The notes below the pieces were generated by a model that ran no database searches, had not been told where the DNA came from, and saw only the letters and a program-made list of their open reading frames with translations. From contig CAYXGI010000002.1 of assembly GCA_964464495.1 (NCBI GenBank), positions 115,927 through 179,926 of the forward strand: DNA of 64,000 bases, in the 5' to 3' direction. The DNA is from an uncultured Phycisphaerales bacterium (lineage in GTDB: Bacteria > Planctomycetota > B15-G4 > CAYZWU01). This document shows positions 58,749 to 64,000 of this stretch, piece by piece. Position 1 is the first letter of the stretch, and every line of letters starts with the position of its first letter. The position numbers and the translations under genes are program-made.

Positions 58749-60416
58749 TTACTCTTTGCGGGATGGCGGCTGGTAGAGTTCTTGGAGTTCCAGCCCCTCG
58801 TCGAGAATCCGTTTGAAAAGAAGCGCCTCCGGCCGATCGGGCGCGACAGTCAGTAATTCGTCGACAAATGTGCGGGCCTCGTCGCGGCGGTCTCCCTCGA
58901 TGCAGAGCCGGGACAGGTTCACGAGGGCGTCGGTGAACGCCGAAAACATGACCTCCCTTTCCGACGCATCCCTGAAGGGACTCGACCACGCTTCCTTGCC
59001 CAGGATCCACGCCGACCGATACATCGCCTCCACTGCATCGCGCCGTTCCCTCTTCGGATCGAGGTAGTAGTCGATCAGCATGGCGGCATCGTTGAGGTAG
59101 CGGGGATAGTCCGGCTCGAGTTCGAGAGCCTTCATGTAGATAGAGAGGGTCTTGGCGTACTTCTCGGGCGGGCCGTCGGAAGCCATGTTGGTCTCGAGAG
59201 AAAAAAATCCGTAGTCGTTCCACCATTGGTGCCTTTCGCCATGGCGCGTGGTGAGTGCATCGAAGAACTCGAGTGCAGGGGCGTAACCCTTCTTTTGCGA
59301 GATCTCGTAGCCGAGAGTGTCGACGGCCAGGATCAGGTTGGGATCCTCGGGAAAAACGTCGAGGCAGGCGAAAATGTCCTTTTGAGCCTCCTCGAATCGT
59401 TCGAGCCTGATCAGGCACCATCCCCGGTTGAGCCGCACCTTGGCGCCCTCGGCCACACCGTCCGCCTCGAACTCGGGGCAAGCCATCACGCTATGCTGCA
59501 GACACTCGATCTGCTCCCCGTACGCTTTTGCCGCGGCCTCGAACTCGTCTTTACCGTAGAGTTCGATCCCCTTGTAGCCGTGCCACGATCCCTTGAACCA
59601 CCAGAGTCGTCCCGCGGCTTGCGGGGAGAGTGAAGCCGGGTCATCGAGTTGCGCACTGTAAAACGCGATGGCCAGATCAGGATTCGTTCCGTCCTCGACT
59701 CCGTTGAGGAGAATGAGACGGCCATGCAGATCATTGGCTACGGGGCAGTGAGACACTCCGCTCATGTAGGCTTCAGCCGCCTTGCGGATCTCGCCCTTCT
59801 TAAGGAAAGAGTCTCCGAGACTGACATGGGCCGTCGCGAGGGAATGATCGAGCACGATCGCCCGCTCGAGACTCGCGATCGCATCGGCCAGCGCCCGCCC
59901 GGCCGCGGCCTGACCTGCCTGCTGCGCCAGGCTGAGTGCGATCTTGCCGGCCAGTTCATGGGCGCGCCCCAGCTCGGGCCAGTGCCGGCAGCAATCGCCC
60001 GCGGCCGACCGAGCGCCATCCAGGTCTCCGTTCATGAACAGGGCTTCGGCCAGCAAGAGGCCCGCGGCCTGATGGCTGGGATCGATTTCGAGGGCGCGGC
60101 TGAAATAGTGGGCGCTCTCATCGAAGGCGAGGCCGGGATTGTGCCCCAGTTCGGGCGCGTCGATCTGGGCCCGGCCGAGTTCGTAGTAGACAGTCCCCAG
60201 CTCGTAAAGAATCTCCGGATCATCGGGCGCTCGATCGTGCATCGCGCCGAGCGCGCCGATCGCACCGGTGTAGTCACCTTCAGCCAGGGCCTTGTGCGCC
60301 GCGGCCCTGAGATCGGGCTCCGGACCGCGGCAGCCGGCTGTCGCAAGACCGATCGCGGTCAGGACAAAGAGGAGACAAAGAGCTGAGAATGGACTCGAAC
60401 CAGTTCGATTGCGCAT
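58749..60416 (-). CDS. TPR-repeat lipoprotein.
   Basis: MRNRTGSSPFSALCLLFVLTAIGLATAGC is a lipobox. Multiple TPR-like helical repeats follow. The start is chosen at ATG 60416 (GGAG 9 nt upstream) instead of the ORF-track 60461. Confidence 0.65.
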   Translation of the reverse strand: MRNRTGSSPFSALCLLFVLTAIGLATAGCRGPEPDLRAAAHKALAEGDYTGAIGALGAMHDRAPDDPEILYELGTVYYELGRAQIDAPELGHNPGLAFDESAHYFSRALEIDPSHQAAGLLLAEALFMNGDLDGARSAAGDCCRHWPELGRAHELAGKIALSLAQQAGQAAAGRALADAIASLERAIVLDHSLATAHVSLGDSFLKKGEIRKAAEAYMSGVSHCPVANDLHGRLILLNGVEDGTNPDLAIAFYSAQLDDPASLSPQAAGRLWWFKGSWHGYKGIELYGKDEFEAAAKAYGEQIECLQHSVMACPEFEADGVAEGAKVRLNRGWCLIRLERFEEAQKDIFACLDVFPEDPNLILAVDTLGYEISQKKGYAPALEFFDALTTRHGERHQWWNDYGFFSLETNMASDGPPEKYAKTLSIYMKALELEPDYPRYLNDAAMLIDYYLDPKRERRDAVEAMYRSAWILGKEAWSSPFRDASEREVMFSAFTDALVNLSRLCIEGDRRDEARTFVDELLTVAPDRPEALLFKRILDEGLELQELYQPPSRKE

Positions 60417-60699
60417 GAGATCACTCCGCGATGAACACAACGTGGTGATCGACTTTTCCATCGATCGATTCAGAGATTCTGCACCCGAGACAGACAGACT
60501 AAAACAAGATCCTCTTTTTTTTTACTAATTTCCCTGCTCTCTCTCACACTCCACGGTGTGCGACCGTAATTCCTTATAATCCTGATACGATGCTGTCGGG
60601 CTCGATCCCCCCCTGTCCATGGAAAAAGGGGCCCGGCTGGTTTATAATGGCGGAACCGGCTCAAGGAAGGGGCACCCACCCATCACTCGGAGACAGATC

Positions 60700-61494
60700 A
60701 TGATCGCTTTCCCGGCGTCCCGACCCTCCTTCGTCTTCCTGATCGTCAGCCTGATTCCGCTCGCCGCCCCCCTCGACGCGGCGCCAGCACCTTGCGTGTT
60801 GCCGGCTGATCCAGCGATCGCTCAGTATAGAGAGGAGGGTAACGATCCGGCGATCGAGCTCTACTACAGCGCCAATGCCCTTTACAACCGAAAGCTCTAT
60901 TCCCTCGCGGCCGAGGAATATGCCGACTTTCTCAAAAAGTACCCGGCCCATGACAGAGCGCCCCGGGTCCGGCTCGGCCTCGCGCTCTGCCATTACTCCC
61001 TGGGCGACAGGAAAAAGGCCGAGCCTCTCTTTGCCGCGCTGACAAAAGAAAAGGGGCTCAACAATCAGCAGGAGATTCACAACCTCTGGGGCCAGTGCCT
61101 GCTCGGACTCGACCGGCCGGCCGAGGCGCAAACTGCCTTTGCGTGGAGCCGGAGCCGCGGCAATGATCGCGAGCAGAAAGAGCTGGCCGGTGCCGGACTC
61201 ACCGAGGCCCTCTACTGCCAGAGCAAGTGGCCCGACGTGGTCAGAGCTCGGAGAGATTTCGCAAGGAGCACCCGGAATCTGATCGTCTCGATCGCGTCGC
61301 ATTCCAGGGTGCGGTGGCTCACTTCGAGCTGTCACAGTTCGCCAAAGCCGGCGCTCTGCTCCAGACGATCAGGATCAGAGAGACGAAATCTGGATTCGGA
61401 CAGCACGTCATCTTTCTGCTTGCCGAATGCCATCGGGAGCAGGGAGATTTCAAGACAGCCGAGACGCTCTTCGACAAGGCCGCCTACCAGATGA
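60700..61494 (+). CDS. TPR-repeat protein, N-terminal portion. The reading frame appears disrupted around 61240-61260 and the protein continues in the overlapping ORF 61227..63320.
   Basis: A signal peptide and TPR repeats run up to ...LTEALYCQSKWPDVV. After that the frame yields low-complexity sequence, while the +2 frame resumes with TPR-like ...RFRKEHPESDRLDRVAFQGAVAHFELSQF.... Confidence 0.45.
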   Translation: MIAFPASRPSFVFLIVSLIPLAAPLDAAPAPCVLPADPAIAQYREEGNDPAIELYYSANALYNRKLYSLAAEEYADFLKKYPAHDRAPRVRLGLALCHYSLGDRKKAEPLFAALTKEKGLNNQQEIHNLWGQCLLGLDRPAEAQTAFAWSRSRGNDREQKELAGAGLTEALYCQSKWPDVVRARRDFARSTRNLIVSIASHSRVRWLTSSCHSSPKPALCSRRSGSERRNLDSDSTSSFCLPNAIGSREISRQPRRSSTRPPTR

Positions 61495-63320
61495 CCGGCG
61501 CTTTCGGCGCCGAGTCCCTTTTCAGGCTCGGATTCGTGCGCTTCCAACTCGGCGACCATGCCAAGGCCAAGCGCAATTTCACCGACCTCCTCGACGACCA
61601 CCCGTCGTCGCCCCACGCCTCGTCGGCCAAGATCTATCTCGGACGGGCGCAGCTCGAATCGGGCCAGTACCGCCAGGCGGAAAAGACGTTCACCGTTTTT
61701 TCGCCCAAGGACAAGGGTTACCCGAATGCGCGGCTCTGGCTCGCCCGCACGCACCGTGCACAGCAGAAATTCTCTCAGGCCGAGGCTGTCCTCACCGACG
61801 CGGTCAAGAAGGCGCCCAAGAGCCCGATGCGGCCCGATCTACTCTACGACCTGGCCACGGTCCAGATGGACCGGAAGCAGTTCGCCAACGCCGCCGTGAC
61901 CTTCCGCAAGCTGGGCCGGGAGTTTCCCAAATCGCCGATCGCCGTCGACGCCCTCTGGCTCGAAGCCTTCAGCCTGCACAAGGCAGGCAAGTTCCTCGAC
62001 AGCGCTGACCGATGCGGTAATTTTCTCTCGCGCCATCCCAAGAACGAGCGCTGCGGCGAAGTGGCTTTTCTGAGCGCCGAGAACCTCTACCTCATCGATC
62101 AGCAGGCTGAGGCAGAGTCACACTATGCACGATTCTTGAAACAATACGGCAGCCACGCTTATTCAGACTCGGCACGGTTTCGCATGGCCCAGATCCGCTA
62201 CCAGCGCAAGGAATGGCGCGCCACGGTCGAGGGGCTGCGCGCTCTCATCGAAAAGGAAATGGCGTCGCCCTTCTTCGATCAGCTCTACTTCATTCTGGGG
62301 GATTGTCATTTCAGCCTCAACCAATGGGACAGCGCGATCGAGGCGCTCAGACTTTTTGTCGAAAAGCATCCTGCCGAACCGAACGCGGACAGGGCCCTGC
62401 TCAAGGTCGCTCTCGCCGCCGTGAACAAAGGCGCCGACGCCGAGGCCGAGGCAGCGCTCAAGGATTTCGAGAGACGCTTTCCACAAAGCTCGTACCTCGA
62501 CCACGCCCTGGTCGAACTCGGCAGGCTCCACTACGAGGCGGGTGAAAATTCTGAGGCGCGGCGTGTGTTCACCCTGGCCGCGAGCACGGGCAAGAGCCCC
62601 TTCGCCGTCTACTATCTCGCCTACGTGGCGCTCGCCTCTGGTGACGAGGAGTCGGCCGTCAAGCACTTCAGGAGCCTGGAAAAGAGATTTCCCCGCCACG
62701 AACTGGTCAACGATGCGCTCCTGCAACAGGGAATCATCGAGGTCCGCGGGGGAGAATTCAAGAAAGGCGAAGCCACCCTCGGCCGCCTCGCCGGCCGGGA
62801 GGGCGACGGCGCCCAGGCCGACCAGGCTCTCTTCTACCGCGCCATCGCCCAGGCGCGCCAGGAACTGCTCCGCCTTCTCGACACGCTCGACGAGTCGGTG
62901 GAGTTCAACATCATTGCCTTTTCGGGACGGATGATCATCTGGAACCGCGACGGCTTGCAGGCAGGCACTCCCGACAACCTCGCCTCGGCCAAGAGATTCG
63001 TGCGCCGGACGCGCACCGCGTCGGACGGCACCAACACGGTGGGCGCTCTGTCTCTCGCGCTCGAGGACGACAAGGTCAAGAGTATCTACTTCCTTTCCGA
63101 CGGCCATCCCACGGTGGGATTCACCACGGAGAACGAGGAGATTCTCGGCCACGTGAACAGGCAGCAGGAGGGCCGCGGCGTCATCATCAACACGATCGCC
63201 TACATCAAGGGCGATCCGCCGCGCGGGTGGCGCGATCAGGTGCCTCCCAAGCAGACCCTCATCGAACTCATGCAACGTCTTGCCGAGCAGAACGACGGCA
63301 ACTACGTGGTGTTCGACTGA
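61227..63320 (+). CDS. TPR-repeat / von Willebrand factor A (vWA) domain protein. Probably the C-terminal continuation of the 60700 gene after a frameshift.
   Basis: Many TPR-like repeats are present. The C-terminal vWA reads ...FNIIAFSGRMIIWNRDG...SDGTNTVGALSLALED...IYFLSDGHPT..., with a MIDAS-like DxSxS...T...D pattern. It begins at GTG in the ORF track. Confidence 0.6.
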   Translation: MARRGQSSERFRKEHPESDRLDRVAFQGAVAHFELSQFAKAGALLQTIRIRETKSGFGQHVIFLLAECHREQGDFKTAETLFDKAAYQMTGAFGAESLFRLGFVRFQLGDHAKAKRNFTDLLDDHPSSPHASSAKIYLGRAQLESGQYRQAEKTFTVFSPKDKGYPNARLWLARTHRAQQKFSQAEAVLTDAVKKAPKSPMRPDLLYDLATVQMDRKQFANAAVTFRKLGREFPKSPIAVDALWLEAFSLHKAGKFLDSADRCGNFLSRHPKNERCGEVAFLSAENLYLIDQQAEAESHYARFLKQYGSHAYSDSARFRMAQIRYQRKEWRATVEGLRALIEKEMASPFFDQLYFILGDCHFSLNQWDSAIEALRLFVEKHPAEPNADRALLKVALAAVNKGADAEAEAALKDFERRFPQSSYLDHALVELGRLHYEAGENSEARRVFTLAASTGKSPFAVYYLAYVALASGDEESAVKHFRSLEKRFPRHELVNDALLQQGIIEVRGGEFKKGEATLGRLAGREGDGAQADQALFYRAIAQARQELLRLLDTLDESVEFNIIAFSGRMIIWNRDGLQAGTPDNLASAKRFVRRTRTASDGTNTVGALSLALEDDKVKSIYFLSDGHPTVGFTTENEEILGHVNRQQEGRGVIINTIAYIKGDPPRGWRDQVPPKQTLIELMQRLAEQNDGNYVVFD

Positions 63321-63339
63321 TCGGAACCGCGGCGAATCA

Positions 63340-63912
63340 CTACTCGAAGATCTTCTTGATCCTCTCGAAGATCTCGTCGATCGAGCCGATTCCGTCGACG
63401 TCTCTCGTCACGCCCATGGGACGGTAGAAACCGAGGCACGGCTCGCTCTGTTCCTTGTACGTGTTGATTCGATTCTCGATCACCGCGGGATCGGCGTCAT
63501 CGGCCCGGCCCTCGATCGAGGCGCGCTTGCCGAGACGGTTCTTGATTTCCTCGGCGGAGATCGAGATGTTGACCACGTGGTCGAGAGACCTGTTCAGATC
63601 GGAGAGGATCCCATCGAGAGCCTCGGCCTGGGGCACGCTGCGCGGAAAACCATCGAGCAGGAAACCCTCTTTCGTGTCATCCTGACCGAGCCGCTCGCGC
63701 ACCATGGCGATGGTCACGTCATCGGGAACGAGCTTGCCCTGATTCGTATAGGACAGGGCTGTCTTGCCGAGCTCGGTCTCGTTCTTGATGTGATAGCGGA
63801 ACATGTCGCCCGTGGAAATGTGGGGCACGCTGAGAAGTTCGAGAAGCTTGGCGGCCTGAGTTCCTTTACCCGCGCCCGGAGGGCCGAAGAGAACGACGTT
63901 CTTACCTGGCAT
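63340..63912 (-). CDS. adk: Adenylate kinase.
   Basis: MPGKNVVLFGPPGAGKGTQA is the P-loop. ...GFLLDGFPRSVPQAEAL... is the NMP-binding and LID pattern. AAGGAG lies 6 nt upstream of ATG 63912. Confidence 0.9.
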   Translation of the reverse strand: MPGKNVVLFGPPGAGKGTQAAKLLELLSVPHISTGDMFRYHIKNETELGKTALSYTNQGKLVPDDVTIAMVRERLGQDDTKEGFLLDGFPRSVPQAEALDGILSDLNRSLDHVVNISISAEEIKNRLGKRASIEGRADDADPAVIENRINTYKEQSEPCLGFYRPMGVTRDVDGIGSIDEIFERIKKIFE

Positions 63913-64000
63913 GATCATCTCCTTCACATATTTTTGCAACCTGCTCGAGCCGGTCGGGGAGCGGCGGCGGCACGAATAAAACACTCGTTGAAAAGAAAAG

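Overview
This 64 kb window is a high-GC (about 60-65%) bacterial chromosomal segment that is densely coding, with roughly 37 genes and almost no spacer DNA. Many genes overlap by 4 bp at ATGA junctions. The gene content points to a glycan-degrading member of the PVC superphylum (Kiritimatiellota, Lentisphaerota or Planctomycetota-like). That phylum call is inference from content only.

The dominant theme is a degradation island for sulfated and sialylated host glycans:
- two Cys-type (CxPxR) sulfatases and one Thr-type sulfatase-like enzyme
- an anaerobic sulfatase-maturating radical-SAM/SPASM enzyme
- a very large SGNH-esterase/BNR-sialidase multidomain protein, translationally coupled to an N-acylglucosamine 2-epimerase and a GH20 hexosaminidase
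- a GH2 beta-galactosidase and a GH78 alpha-L-rhamnosidase
- a ThuA/ThuB-like pair and a sodium:solute symporter
- an ECF sigma factor fused in one polypeptide to a transmembrane segment and a non-catalytic FGE-sulfatase-type domain.

Other regulators are a LytS/AlgZ-type histidine kinase with a LytTR response regulator, a BlaI/BlaR1(M56)-type pair, and a MarR-GNAT fusion.

The most notable single finding is a candidate selenoprotein gene at 16863-18131. A secreted NTF2-like plus thioredoxin-like (Thioredoxin_7-type) protein has an in-frame TGA exactly where the first Cys of the CxxC redox motif should sit, giving U-A-T-C. A GGUC-loop hairpin lies 19-20 nt downstream, which matches my recollection of the bacterial SECIS geometry of E. 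coli fdhF. This gene is followed 6 bp later by a rhomboid protease.

The window also contains:
- a partial caspase-like (C14) peptidase at the left edge
- a 1342-aa poly-Gly-rich secreted lipoprotein
- S9, S41 and alpha/beta-hydrolase peptidases
- MBL-fold hydrolases and a membrane EEP nuclease/phosphatase
- a PhoD-like phosphatase
- TPR and TPR-vWA proteins, one apparently frameshifted
- adenylate kinase at the right edge.

I saw no rRNA, tRNA, CRISPR array or obvious transposon.
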